Source: Pseudomonadota bacterium (GTDB lineage Bacteria; UBA10199; 2-02-FULL-44-16; DYJF01). From it: a DNA stretch of 64,000 bases. The position numbers and the translations under genes were made by a program. The stretch spans positions 128,001 through 192,000 of the forward strand of contig JBDRBB010000010.1 of assembly GCA_043823065.1 (NCBI GenBank). The letters are read 5' to 3'. Within the stretch, counting starts at the first letter, position 1. Each line of letters opens with the position of its first letter. Below the pieces are notes generated by a model that ran no database searches, was not told where the DNA came from, and worked only from the letters and a program-made list of their open reading frames with translations. Of this stretch, positions 9,130 to 19,730 are shown one piece after another.

Positions 9130-11166
9130 ATGAACCAGAAAAAATATTATATATTTTGTAATCTATATAAAACCGTAGCTGTAGTTTTGTTTTTATATTT
9201 TATTTCTGCTTGTTCTTCTGGTGCTGGCAGCTGCCTTACAAATTACTGGGTAGCCACAACTGGTAGCGATGCAGCAAGTGGCGATATTAACAACCCCTTT
9301 CTCACCATTGAACATGCCCGCGATGTGGTTCGTTCTGATCCAACTCGTGGACAGTGCACAATCAACGTAAATATCAAGGGTGGCACCTATCGGTTAACTA
9401 GCCCGCTAATGCTAACTGCTCAAGATTCAGGCGCGCCATGCGCCCCAGTAGTTTATCAAGCTGTATCCGGAGAAGAACCTGTTATTTCAGGCGCAGAGCA
9501 AGTAACTGGCTGGACTTTGCATGATGCAGATCTAAACATCTGGCAGGCGCAGACCAATGTGAGCACTGCAACCATGCCTAGGCAGCTTTACGTAAACGGA
9601 GTTCGCGCTACTCGTGCCCGTACAGTAGATTATCCCAACTATTATTACCCAACTGACACAGGCTATCTGTATCTTTATTTATTAGGAACTGATCCACAAA
9701 TTCCTCCTACCTGGAATAATCCAACTGCTGTGGAAGCTGTTACAGTTACTCAATGGAAAATGATGCGTTGTCCAATTGCTGAAATTATTGATGATGCTGC
9801 TGTTGTCATGCAAAACCCCTGCTGGCAAAATGCCAACGTATTCCCCTATCCTTGGAACTTTCAACTCTTAAGCTGGTGGGAAAACGCCTATGAATTTTTG
9901 GATGAACCAGGGGAATGGTATCTTGATGCCTTCAGCAAGATTCTTTATTATATACCACGTGAAGGAGAAGACCTGGCTACAGCAGATGTGGAATTACCAA
10001 TATTGGAAACTTTAATAGAGGCTAGCGGTAGCGCCACATCCCCAATTAGTTATATTACCTTTTCTGGATTAACCTTTAGGTATGCCACCTGGCTTGGTCC
10101 AAACAGCTCAGATGGTTATGCCCTTGATCAAAGCGGTTTTCATTTGATTGGCTCAGGCCATGAGGCCAATGTTATTGGTCACGATCCAAACGCGGTGCGC
10201 ACGCCAGGAAATTTAAGTTTTCTTTACGCGCAAAATATAATTTTTGAAAATAATACCGTGGAACATATGGGCGCGGTGGGACTGGATTTTAATACAGGTA
10301 GTCAAAACAACCAAATCAGCAACAACACTTTTAATGATATTTCAGCAGCTGGTATTCAGTTAGGAGGTATTTCCACAGCAGATAGTCATCCAACTACTGT
10401 GGCACAATTAACTCAAAACAATCTAATTTCCAACAATCTGATAGAATATACTGGCCAGGAATATTATGATGCGCCAGGAATTTACATAGGGTTTACTACC
10501 AACAGCTTTGTCGAACACAATGACATTAATCATAGCTCTTGGTCTGGCATTGCCATTGGTTGGGGTTGGGGTTTGCTGGATCCAGGCGGTTTTGCTGGCT
10601 TACCCAATGCTCAGCCCCATGCTTGGGGCGATATAACTAGCCCTTCTGCAGCTGTGGGCAACCAGATTTTGCATAATCATATTCAGTATTTTTTGGAAAA
10701 GTTGTGGGACGGCGGCGCGATTTATTCTACTGGTTTTCAAGGAACATCAGCGGAAACAGGCCAGTTAATTGCTTGGAATGTTGCGGAAAATAAACGCGTT
10801 GCAGCAGGCGGCAACACTTTTTATACAGATGGTGGTAGTCGTTATATCACGCTTAAGGAGAACGTATCTCTTAATAATCCGCAAGGCACAGTGGATTTTG
10901 GACCTTGTTTAAAGGCTTCCTCTTTTGAAGATCTTTGCCTTACCACAGGCCTAGTTGCTTATGGAGAAGACCTGGGCGGATGTGTTCCTTATGGCGATCT
11001 TATTTTTGAGAATAATTATCTTCGCGATAATTTAAGTTTCTACGATATTTGCGAGAACAACAATTTCCCTACAGCTCCTTACAATATGAGCTTTATTGAT
11101 AATACAAAAATAACCAGCAGCAGCAATGTGCCTAGCTGGATTATTGAGTCAGCTGGGAGGCAGTAA
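9130..11166 (+). CDS. Lipoprotein with right-handed parallel beta-helix (carbohydrate-active-like)
   Basis: Lipobox-like ISAC; G.D..SG....[34 protein letters not shown]; Asn-ladder repeats. Confidence 0.75.
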   Translation: MNQKKYYIFCNLYKTVAVVLFLYFISACSSGAGSCLTNYWVATTGSDAASGDINNPFLTIEHARDVVRSDPTRGQCTINVNIKGGTYRLTSPLMLTAQDSGAPCAPVVYQAVSGEEPVISGAEQVTGWTLHDADLNIWQAQTNVSTATMPRQLYVNGVRATRARTVDYPNYYYPTDTGYLYLYLLGTDPQIPPTWNNPTAVEAVTVTQWKMMRCPIAEIIDDAAVVMQNPCWQNANVFPYPWNFQLLSWWENAYEFLDEPGEWYLDAFSKILYYIPREGEDLATADVELPILETLIEASGSATSPISYITFSGLTFRYATWLGPNSSDGYALDQSGFHLIGSGHEANVIGHDPNAVRTPGNLSFLYAQNIIFENNTVEHMGAVGLDFNTGSQNNQISNNTFNDISAAGIQLGGISTADSHPTTVAQLTQNNLISNNLIEYTGQEYYDAPGIYIGFTTNSFVEHNDINHSSWSGIAIGWGWGLLDPGGFAGLPNAQPHAWGDITSPSAAVGNQILHNHIQYFLEKLWDGGAIYSTGFQGTSAETGQLIAWNVAENKRVAAGGNTFYTDGGSRYITLKENVSLNNPQGTVDFGPCLKASSFEDLCLTTGLVAYGEDLGGCVPYGDLIFENNYLRDNLSFYDICENNNFPTAPYNMSFIDNTKITSSSNVPSWIIESAGRQ

Positions 11167-11170
11167 CTCT

Positions 11171-11980
11171 ATGGCCAAGATTAAGGTTAATGATGTTGAA
11201 TTTTATTATGAACTTCATGGGCAAGGAGAACCTTTAATTCTCATTTCTGGATATGCTGAAGACTGTGCGGTGTGGAGATCGTTTTTAGCTAGGCTTGGCA
11301 AAAAATTCCAGGTGCTGATCTTTGATAATCAAGGAGTTGGCCAAACTCAAGATCAAGGCAAGCCGCTAACAGCTGACATCATGGCTGATAATACAGTTGC
11401 CTTGGCTAAGACATTAGGTTTTTCTAAGTTTCATGTTCTAGGCCATTCAATGGGCGGAAACATTGCCCAGATGATTGCCTTGCGTCATCCAGACGTGGTT
11501 AATAAACTGGTCATATCTTGTTCTTCTCCTGCCTGGAATGGCGTGGTGTTAAAAGAGTTTGAATCTATTTTAAGGATTTTGAAAGCTGGAACTCCAGTTG
11601 AGCTGGTTTTTGATCTCATGGCGCCCTGGTGCTATGGCGCTGATTTTATGGCTGATTCAGTCAGAATGGAAAAACGTAAAAAACAAGTTTTGGAAAATCC
11701 TTATCCTGCTTCTATTGATAATATTCAAAGACAATTTGAAGTGCTAAAGAATTTTGAATCAACTAAATTGCTTAGAAAAATCAAAACACCCACCCTTATT
11801 ATTTCAGCTTTCCAAGACATTATTGCCACTTTAGAAGAAACAAAAAAACTCATAGCTGGAATTCCAAATGCAACTCATAAACAAATCCAGGGCGGACACA
11901 GCTTGCCCATTGAAGTGGCAGATGAGTGGCTGGATTGTGTGCTAGGGTTTTTGGGGTATAAAGAAAAGGCTGACACCTAA
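11171..11980 (+). CDS. Alpha/beta fold hydrolase
   Basis: DNQGVG, GHSMGG nucleophile elbow, GGH. Confidence 0.9.
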   Translation: MAKIKVNDVEFYYELHGQGEPLILISGYAEDCAVWRSFLARLGKKFQVLIFDNQGVGQTQDQGKPLTADIMADNTVALAKTLGFSKFHVLGHSMGGNIAQMIALRHPDVVNKLVISCSSPAWNGVVLKEFESILRILKAGTPVELVFDLMAPWCYGADFMADSVRMEKRKKQVLENPYPASIDNIQRQFEVLKNFESTKLLRKIKTPTLIISAFQDIIATLEETKKLIAGIPNATHKQIQGGHSLPIEVADEWLDCVLGFLGYKEKADT

Positions 11981-11997
11981 AGATGCAGCCTTTTCTT
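11960..11997. terminator. Bidirectional hairpin terminator at left island boundary
   Basis: AAGAAAAGGCTG...CAGCCTTTTCTT. Confidence 0.6.
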
Positions 11998-12103
11998 GCT
12001 CCCCTTGGTGGACACATTCCGAACCAAGTATTTTAAAGAGATCATGGCCTTTGAGCCCCTTGTGCCCGCCATACGCGAACTATTGGGGCAGCAGGCGGCT
12101 TAA
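11996..12103 (+). other. Displaced C-terminal exon-like segment of the recombinase (restored on excision)
   Basis: Reads LLPLVDTFRTKYFKEIMAFEPLVPAIRELLGQQAA* in the same codon phase (TTG CTC) as the recombinase at the right repeat. Confidence 0.7.
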
Positions 12104-12243
12104 TTTAGGGCTGGAGGCGCGTCATCCCTCAAATCACCCCCCAACCCCAACAGACGCCGTTTAAGCCGCAGATTTCAAAGCTCACAGCTCTTTTCAAATA
12201 TGAAAAAGGCCACGGAGTTTTCACTCAAAGCATATTACTGTGT

Positions 12244-12534
12244 ATGGAGGACACGTTTTTAGAGATTAAGGCGACGATCGGTAAATACTCTCCCCACGAT
12301 TCCGAGTCGGAACTCAGCCAGAGTGCTATGAATCTTGTGAGCTTTTTCGAGCTCCTCATGCAGATCGATCAAGAGCAGTCCTCCTCTACCGGAACCAATA
12401 CAGACAAAGAGGGAAAATGTGATGAGGATATCCGAAGTGAACATCAGCTTTGTGAAGCCCTGTGGCGGTCTTGTCGGCTTTGCAAACCTTGTAATCGACG
12501 GCCAGATATACGTCGGCTCCATAGCCATCCATAA
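12244..12534 (+). CDS. Small hypothetical protein of the element
   Basis: ORF track; first gene of replication module, overlaps next gene. Confidence 0.5.
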   Translation: MEDTFLEIKATIGKYSPHDSESELSQSAMNLVSFFELLMQIDQEQSSSTGTNTDKEGKCDEDIRSEHQLCEALWRSCRLCKPCNRRPDIRRLHSHP

Positions 12535-12715
12535 GCGCTTGGGTGGTGACGGTTACCGCCTGACCTATCCAAACGGAAAATCGGACATTATTAATCGCCC
12601 GGTCGTTCATCCGATCACGCGCGAGTGCGGCAGGATTATTGAAGAGGCTGTTGTCAGAAAACTTGAAGACGTGATGAGGAAACACAATGATCGATACGGT
12701 AGTGATCACATTTGA
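12422..12715 (+). CDS. SpoVG-family nucleic-acid-binding protein
   Basis: MRISEVNI...GLVGFANLVID....V.SI.I.......L.YP.......VVHPI.RE pattern; RBS GAGGG. Confidence 0.7.
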   Translation: MRISEVNISFVKPCGGLVGFANLVIDGQIYVGSIAIHKRLGGDGYRLTYPNGKSDIINRPVVHPITRECGRIIEEAVVRKLEDVMRKHNDRYGSDHI

Positions 12716-13847
12716 TAAGGATCAGTTTGAGATTCTTGAACCCGATATCTTCAGCCCATCTGCGCGGATGATGGAAGTCTCTCCCAATCGAATCGGGCGT
12801 AATGGATGCATCAGGTGTTTTCAGAATCCCTCTAAAGAAGACCTCGCACGCGGCATTTATAGACCCCGTTTTACACTGACAAAACGACTCACAAGAGGCG
12901 GCTACACGCAAAATCTTCGTGCCGAATTTTCACTACCGAAGCTTTTTTTTGGCAACAATTTTGAGGAAGACGGCCTAAAAAACACGACAGGTCATAACGC
13001 GTTTTTTGCTAATGAGGCATTAGCAACAGGTATTAAAATCCTGCCATTTCAAGTAACCAGTGCGAAACTCTCCGCCATCCACTATTCAAAGAACTTTATC
13101 TTTACAGATTTCACAACGAGCTCGATGATTCTGCGCCAGCTCTCAAGGCTCAATCTGAATAGCAGACTCGATCTCAACAAGACCGATTATCGAAACGGCG
13201 GCCATGCCCTCCGGTATCATGCAAACAGCTATGAAATCGTATTCTACGATAAAGTCAAAGACCTTAAACAATCCAGAATCAGCGAGCGGCGTGCAATAGA
13301 ATCGGACAATCTCATTCAAGCCGATTTGCTGAGCAATTTGCCGAAACCCTTTGAAGTCCTCCGCATGGAAGTCCGGTTGAACAGCCGCGCCAAGATCAAA
13401 AGGCTCTGCCATAAACTTGGAATCAAGCCACCTCTGACCTTCGAGGAAGCTCTCAACCGGAAAACATCGCAGACCATTCTTCTTCATTTTTGGAACCAGA
13501 TCATGTCCGAGGCCAAATGGCTACAATTCGAGAAACAGAGACCGGAAGATCTCTTGCAAGCTATTCTGAAGGCAAACCCCGACATCCGCCCCTCAAAGGC
13601 ACTACAAATTCTCGGCGCAATCAGCGTGGCAAGTTCTGTTGGGACAAGAGGCTTGAAGGCGATCCTTGGTGATAAGACTTCACGTACACTGGACAGGCTG
13701 AAGTTCAAAGCAATAAAGGTTGGGATGTCTTGCCCCAAATCACTCTATTTCACTGGTATCTACGAACAATTGATAGATTTTAAGCCTCTTAGATTGCCTA
13801 TAAATATAAAAAATAGAGGTGGTAATAATAAGTGTAATATGCAATAG
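12687..13847 (+). CDS. Putative replication initiator, phage/plasmid gene II/X (rolling-circle)-like
   Basis: MIDT start, EFSLPKLFFGNN, IHYSKN, VFYDK, LRMEVRL motifs. Confidence 0.6.
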   Translation: MIDTVVITFDKDQFEILEPDIFSPSARMMEVSPNRIGRNGCIRCFQNPSKEDLARGIYRPRFTLTKRLTRGGYTQNLRAEFSLPKLFFGNNFEEDGLKNTTGHNAFFANEALATGIKILPFQVTSAKLSAIHYSKNFIFTDFTTSSMILRQLSRLNLNSRLDLNKTDYRNGGHALRYHANSYEIVFYDKVKDLKQSRISERRAIESDNLIQADLLSNLPKPFEVLRMEVRLNSRAKIKRLCHKLGIKPPLTFEEALNRKTSQTILLHFWNQIMSEAKWLQFEKQRPEDLLQAILKANPDIRPSKALQILGAISVASSVGTRGLKAILGDKTSRTLDRLKFKAIKVGMSCPKSLYFTGIYEQLIDFKPLRLPINIKNRGGNNKCNMQ

Positions 13848-13902
13848 TTCTATATAAAATATAGCAAAGCATGTCATGATGAAATAAATATTCATAACGA
13901 TT

Positions 13903-14832
13903 ATGGCTGAAACAAGAAAAAGTAAATTTAAGCTGAAACGGTTAACAAACTATTCTGATGAAGCACTCCTCAATGAGTTAAAAAGAGTCGCACAACTAGC
14001 AAACAATGAGAGCTTAACAAAAAAATTTTTCAATCAAGAATCAAGGATACATGCATCAACAATTATCCGCCGATTTGGTGGCTGGAAGGAGGGTCTGAAT
14101 CGTGCTGGGCTAGTGCATCTCTATGAGGGGCGCTCGATTACTCAAAAAATGCGTCAACAAAAAGGGCGCTCTTTGACTGATGAAGAATTGTTAAACGAGC
14201 TTCGCCGTATTTCTAAGCAATTAGGACGTAAAGACCTAGTTGTTGCCGATATAAATAAATACAGCGTTGTTGGAAAAAACATCTTTAAAACCCGCTTTGG
14301 AACATGGAAGAGAGCACTAGAGAAAGCAGGCTTAACTGTACGCCCGCAAAGTAAACGCTATACTGATGAAGAATGTTTTGAGAATCTTTTCCAAGTCTGG
14401 AAACATTATGGCCGCCAGCCAAGCTTCTCTGAAATTAACCGCCCACCTTCGGCAGTTGGCGGCCAAGCATATATTTTGCGATTTAAGACGTGGATGCACG
14501 CTTTAGAAGCATTTGTAGAGCGTGTCAATTCTGATAACGAGGCAAGCAACTCCGTTACCGAGGTTAGTTCTTCACCCGCCTTGCAGGATGGTAAGTGGAA
14601 AAAATCAAGACGATCTGTACGAACCATTCCACTAGGACTTAGATTTCAAGTCTTGAGACGTGATCGATTTATGTGTGTTGCCTGTGGTCGCAATCCTCCT
14701 CAGAATCCAGGATGTATTTTACATATTGATCATATTATTCCCTGGTCTAAAAATGGGAAAACAGAAATAAATAATCTAAGAACGCTTTGTGAACAATGTA
14801 ATATTGGACGTAGCAATAAATATACGGATTGA
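13903..14832 (+). CDS. HNH endonuclease with N-terminal homing-endonuclease-associated repeats
   Basis: Three (Y/L)(S/T)DE.....RF.(G/T)W..(A/G)L repeats; CxxC...HIDHIIPWS.NG....NL..LCEQCN. Confidence 0.88.
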   Translation: MAETRKSKFKLKRLTNYSDEALLNELKRVAQLANNESLTKKFFNQESRIHASTIIRRFGGWKEGLNRAGLVHLYEGRSITQKMRQQKGRSLTDEELLNELRRISKQLGRKDLVVADINKYSVVGKNIFKTRFGTWKRALEKAGLTVRPQSKRYTDEECFENLFQVWKHYGRQPSFSEINRPPSAVGGQAYILRFKTWMHALEAFVERVNSDNEASNSVTEVSSSPALQDGKWKKSRRSVRTIPLGLRFQVLRRDRFMCVACGRNPPQNPGCILHIDHIIPWSKNGKTEINNLRTLCEQCNIGRSNKYTD

Positions 14833-14838
14833 GAGAAT

Positions 14839-15876
14839 ATGAAAACATTGCAACAATTCGAAAATGAACTCAAAGAAATACCTGCTTCCACAGGTTGGTA
14901 TATTGGCGATCTAGGTGAAGCAAGAGGTAAGCAAGAGCTATATACAAAGCAATCTCCACAGAAGCTTAAGGTTTTGAGACAGCATGCGCTTATTGAGAGT
15001 GCCGTTTCTTCAAACAGAATTGAAGGGGTCACTGTTGACCAGGATCGCGTAAAAGCCGTGATCCTTGGAAGGTCTGCCTTGCACGATCGCGATGAAGAAG
15101 AAGTGCGAGGATATCGCAATGCCTTAAAATGGATTCATGAAAAGAAGCCTGCAATCACTGAAAAGACAATAAAAGAACTCCACAATTTGGCGAGAGGTAA
15201 AATTGGTGATGCAGGCCAATATAAAGCAAAAGACAGTAATGTAATAGAACGTTATGCTGATGGTACATCCAGCATTCGATTCAAAACAGTTTCAACAAAA
15301 GAAACTCCGCAGTACATGAAAGAGCTCGTTTCATTGTGGCAATATCATCTCAAGACAAAAGAGATTCATCCATTAGTTGTATTAGCGGGTTTTAATCTAG
15401 ATTTTCTCTGCATCCATCCTTTTCGTGATGGCAATGGTCGCGTGTCACGCTTGCTCCTTTTGCTCCAACTATATCATTTAGGATATGAGGTCGGTCGATA
15501 CATTAGCTTGGAACGCCTTATCGAAGAAAATAAAGAACGTTACTATGAAACACTAAAGCTCAGTTCCCAGGAGTGGCATGAGGGAAAGCATGATTCATGG
15601 CATTATATTAATTACGTGTTATTCATTATTAAAGAGGCCTACAAGGAATTTGAAGAACGCGCAGGACAGATAAAAGAACCAAAGGGGGCAAAAACCGAAT
15701 TGATAGAAGCGGCGATTCGTTCACTAAAGAGCGGCTTTACTGTTTCTGATCTAGAAAAAGCCTGTCCCACTGTAAGTCGTGATATGATCCGCCGTGTACT
15801 GCATGATTTAAAGAAGACGAAAAAAGTCGAATGCCTTGGACGAGGCCCAGGAGCCACCTGGAGACAGAAAGGGTAA
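14839..15876 (+). CDS. Fic-domain protein with C-terminal wHTH
   Basis: Canonical HPFRDGNGRVSR; SSNRIEG N-terminal motif. Confidence 0.92.
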   Translation: MKTLQQFENELKEIPASTGWYIGDLGEARGKQELYTKQSPQKLKVLRQHALIESAVSSNRIEGVTVDQDRVKAVILGRSALHDRDEEEVRGYRNALKWIHEKKPAITEKTIKELHNLARGKIGDAGQYKAKDSNVIERYADGTSSIRFKTVSTKETPQYMKELVSLWQYHLKTKEIHPLVVLAGFNLDFLCIHPFRDGNGRVSRLLLLLQLYHLGYEVGRYISLERLIEENKERYYETLKLSSQEWHEGKHDSWHYINYVLFIIKEAYKEFEERAGQIKEPKGAKTELIEAAIRSLKSGFTVSDLEKACPTVSRDMIRRVLHDLKKTKKVECLGRGPGATWRQKG

Positions 15877-16080
15877 TACACTTGAATAGGTGTAATAAAG
15901 AGTATAATATACCATTACTAATGGTTGTAAATGGAATTAATGTTAATAATTACAACTATATAGACATTACCGCATTAATCAAAAAACGAGGTACGTAACT
16001 AAGTATGAAAAGCAACATTCCCGACCAAATAACCACTCAACGCGCCTTTCTGAGGGAGTTGTGAAGATAATATAATTATT

Positions 16081-18060
16081 ATGAAAGAGTTGCCAAAACA
16101 TCTTATCAATGATGATGGCTCGCCATTTGAAGCTTCCGAACTCAATACATTGCGCGACACTCTTGATGCCCTAGATGACGCGGGGCGAACAGAGTATCGC
16201 AATCAAAACGCCTCAGCTATCGCGAGGCGCGATACCGCTAAATTTTTAATCGTTTCCGGGCCTGGCACAGGTAAAAGCTACCTATTTCTTGAGAAGATAA
16301 ATTATTGGTATCAAAACAATCAAAATGCAAAAGTCGCTGTGACGAGTTTTGTTCGGAAATTAGTAGCTGATTTACAAAGCGATATTGAAAGTGACGGCAA
16401 ACTCACTGATAAACAAAAAGGTAATATTACCGCGTCAACGCTTCATAAATATGCCCGCAGTCTCGTTGAAAAGAATAGAGGAACAAAAGAATGGCCATTT
16501 AAACCACATTTCCGAATGATCGGACAATCCTGGAAAGAAATAGTTTGGAGTGACGTGCTCGCCTTTTTTTCGAAGATAAGCCACGGTTCCTATACATGGA
16601 AAATATTTGAGAAACAATTACACGACAACAATATTGATGAATCGGAAGAGTTGAATGGTCTCAAGAAAAAGTATTTTAAGCTTTGTCAGTTTTACAATGC
16701 GGCAGGTTTTGCCGATTTGATTTTACATGCCACAAAGGCATTAGAAGAGAACTCTAGTTTGAATGAAAATGATCACTTCATCATCGATGAGTACCAAGAC
16801 TTTAACCTTGCTGAGGAAGCTCTTATCAATCGGCTGGTGGATAATCCGAAAGGCCTACTTGTAGTCGGAGACGATGAACAAGTGTTGTATGAAAAACTAA
16901 AGTCAGGTAAATCCACTCTAATTAGGAATCTGTATAGAAACACAGATTATGCCAACGGAATGCTACCGTATTGTAGCAGAAGTAGCTATCACATCACAAA
17001 AAACGCGGATCATTTTATTCGGCATAATAGGGATACTGACTGCATTGATAAAATTTACTTGCCATTGAAAAGTAATGGCGACGAGCAAAAGGTGCAAGTT
17101 GTCGCGTGTGCCACCGCGAAAACAGCTGTTGATTACATTGAAAAATTCGTGAAAGACCACAAAACTGAAATTGATGAGAGAAAGATGCAGTTGGAGGCTG
17201 GCAAGAAAAAGGATGCTTTCTTGTTGATTTTAACGCCAGCGAGAGAAGTGAAGTTCTATGGGGATGCAAAAAAGAGGATAGAAAATATTGTGGCTAATTA
17301 TCAAACAGAGGTACGGTCGTTTTCGGAGGATTACTATCGGTTGCTAAACTATTATTCTGTTTCAAAATCTCCACGTAATAACTTTACTTTTCGCAAAGTA
17401 CTCCACCACGAAGGTGTAGCCGTAGAAAGAGTACACGAACTGATTGTCGCAGCAATGCAGAATAAGAAAAACTTATGCGATTTGAATGAACAAGAAATAA
17501 AGGACGTGGTAAGAAAATGCAGAAACATAATGACCATACTGGATAGCGAAAAATCTGTCTCAGAGAAGCTGGACCAATTATCCGAAATCATCTCCCTTGC
17601 CGAAAAAACCAATCTTCAGAGTGATTTGGAGAGGAAAACAATTAATCAGAATGAAATAGCTTGTTTAGAACATAAAGAAGATGAAGAGGCCGAGTTGGAA
17701 GAGATTGAAGTTAAGCGAATGGGTGCAGTAGAATTTATGACTATTGTAGGCTCAAAAGGCCTTTCTTCAGATCATGTGATTATAATAGGTTTTGATGATG
17801 TAAATATGAAGTATGTAACAAAAAATGCTTTTTACGTTGCAATGACTCGGGCAAGAAAAAGCTTACATCTACTCACAGCATTAAAATCCGGTGGAGCCAA
17901 AGGAGCTCACCACTACCTTGAACAATTATCTGATGAATTTATAGCCTGCTACAGCTATAAAAAAACGGGCCAAGTTAGAACTTACCTGAGCTGTATAGAG
18001 GGGTTTAAAAAATACCTGAATCGCTGTAGTTCCTGGAATAAAGGAAAGATAAAAAAGTGA
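16081..18060 (+). CDS. UvrD/Rep-like SF1A helicase/ATPase
   Basis: SGPGTGKS, STLHKY, IIDEYQD, VGDDEQ, MTIVGSKGL, FYVAMTRAR. Confidence 0.9.
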   Translation: MKELPKHLINDDGSPFEASELNTLRDTLDALDDAGRTEYRNQNASAIARRDTAKFLIVSGPGTGKSYLFLEKINYWYQNNQNAKVAVTSFVRKLVADLQSDIESDGKLTDKQKGNITASTLHKYARSLVEKNRGTKEWPFKPHFRMIGQSWKEIVWSDVLAFFSKISHGSYTWKIFEKQLHDNNIDESEELNGLKKKYFKLCQFYNAAGFADLILHATKALEENSSLNENDHFIIDEYQDFNLAEEALINRLVDNPKGLLVVGDDEQVLYEKLKSGKSTLIRNLYRNTDYANGMLPYCSRSSYHITKNADHFIRHNRDTDCIDKIYLPLKSNGDEQKVQVVACATAKTAVDYIEKFVKDHKTEIDERKMQLEAGKKKDAFLLILTPAREVKFYGDAKKRIENIVANYQTEVRSFSEDYYRLLNYYSVSKSPRNNFTFRKVLHHEGVAVERVHELIVAAMQNKKNLCDLNEQEIKDVVRKCRNIMTILDSEKSVSEKLDQLSEIISLAEKTNLQSDLERKTINQNEIACLEHKEDEEAELEEIEVKRMGAVEFMTIVGSKGLSSDHVIIIGFDDVNMKYVTKNAFYVAMTRARKSLHLLTALKSGGAKGAHHYLEQLSDEFIACYSYKKTGQVRTYLSCIEGFKKYLNRCSSWNKGKIKK

Positions 18061-19547
18061 AAAACCACATAACAGCCACCGATCTCTACAACTTCAAAAA
18101 ATGTCCCTATCGGCCGTATATGGATTATAATGGTGATCCATCTTTGAAGGTTGAGATACATCCTCTCGTAAAACTCCTCTGGGAATCCGGTGTGCAGTAC
18201 GAGGCCAAAGTCATTGAATCTTTTAAGCAGGATCATCCAGATCAATCATTTCAAGCAATCAGTCCAGAGTCTCCCGCCACTGAAGAATTGGCCCAAGAGA
18301 CAATCAAGGCAATGCAAGAAGGGATTGATATAATCTATCAAGGCGTTTTGATGTCAGGCAATAAACTTGGGCGGCCGGATCTCCTGCTGAAAACAAGCGG
18401 TGATTCATCTTTTGGATCACATCACTATTATCCTATGGATATCAAATTAACACGTGTTGATGCGACATGGGACGATGGCAATGAAAAAACAACGATTGAG
18501 CAGTTTTGGCAGGTCTATTTTTATGGAGATCTCTTGGAATCGGTACAAAATAAGCGACCAGAAAAGGGTTACATTTATAAAACTAAATCCCGCATCTTGT
18601 CAGTTCCCCTTTACAAACCCCCGGCAAACTATGAATGGGCACTTAACCAGTTGGAGAATTATTTAGACGGCCATGCATTCGGTGCAGAACCTATAATCAA
18701 TAGCAACTGTGCCATGTGTGAGTGGAAGAAAACATGTATTGATTGGGCTGAAGAGAATCGGGATATCTCGCTTGTCCACTATGTTGGCCAGGCGATGAAA
18801 ACCGGACTGAAGAAGCTCGATATTTCTACCATCGAGGACTTAGCAAAACAAGATCCGAAGGAGTTAACTGAAAAAGTTCGGAAACTGAAAGAAGAAGGCT
18901 TTTTTTGGAAAAGCATACCTGCCAATCTTCCAGGAAAGGTTGTAAAACGTGCTCGTATCTACATCGCTGGCAAACCTGTCATTCACGAACCAATCATTTT
19001 CCCGGAAACCGATGTAGAAATTCATTTTGATATTGAAGATGATCCAACTCAAGACTTTGTCTACCTACATGGGCTTCTGTTTGCAGAAAAAGGAAAGGAA
19101 CCTGAATATCATGCTTTTTTTGCAGAGAAATATGAGGATGAAAAATTAATCACTGAACAACTTATCGGTTTTTTGAACCAATACCCAAATGCTACCATCT
19201 ACCACTACAGCGACTACGAAAAGACGACTATTAAGCGATTGATCAATAAACATAAGATTGAAACCGATATCTTTGAGCGACTCTTTGGAGAGAACGGCAC
19301 GGCCTTTGATTTATACAAAGTCATCACAAACAATACCGACTGGCCTTTGACCAGTTATGGGATAAAGGCAGTCTGCAAGTTTCTTGGCTTTAAATGGGCT
19401 GCAGCAGACGCAGGTGGTGCAGCTTCCATTGTCTGGATGAATGACTATTTGGCTGGCAACAAGGCTATAAAAGATAAAATTCTACGTTACAATGAAGACG
19501 ATTGCCGGGCGACGTATTTTCTGAAAGGCGAATTGGTGAAATTGTGA
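18057..19547 (+). CDS. TM0106-family RecB-like nuclease with C-terminal RNase H-like domain
   Basis: N-terminal CP, GRPDLL..DIK..Q..FY, CAMC.WKKTC; HFDIE, YHY, DLY, YGIK, YNEDDC; GTGA overlap with helicase stop. Confidence 0.88.
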   Translation: MKNHITATDLYNFKKCPYRPYMDYNGDPSLKVEIHPLVKLLWESGVQYEAKVIESFKQDHPDQSFQAISPESPATEELAQETIKAMQEGIDIIYQGVLMSGNKLGRPDLLLKTSGDSSFGSHHYYPMDIKLTRVDATWDDGNEKTTIEQFWQVYFYGDLLESVQNKRPEKGYIYKTKSRILSVPLYKPPANYEWALNQLENYLDGHAFGAEPIINSNCAMCEWKKTCIDWAEENRDISLVHYVGQAMKTGLKKLDISTIEDLAKQDPKELTEKVRKLKEEGFFWKSIPANLPGKVVKRARIYIAGKPVIHEPIIFPETDVEIHFDIEDDPTQDFVYLHGLLFAEKGKEPEYHAFFAEKYEDEKLITEQLIGFLNQYPNATIYHYSDYEKTTIKRLINKHKIETDIFERLFGENGTAFDLYKVITNNTDWPLTSYGIKAVCKFLGFKWAAADAGGAASIVWMNDYLAGNKAIKDKILRYNEDDCRATYFLKGELVKL

Positions 19548-19730
19548 AACGGCCCGTTTCACCTTTGGAATACAAAAGGCCAACGGCTGGTTGGCCAATT
19601 AGTGAATCTCAAAAAGGGCAACGGGCGGTTGCCCAATTGATGGGGGCCCTAACCATTTGAACTATCGGCATAATAAGGGCCTTCAGTCAGGGCGGTTAGT
19701 ATGGCAACATGTTGCTCAAAAGGCGGTTTT

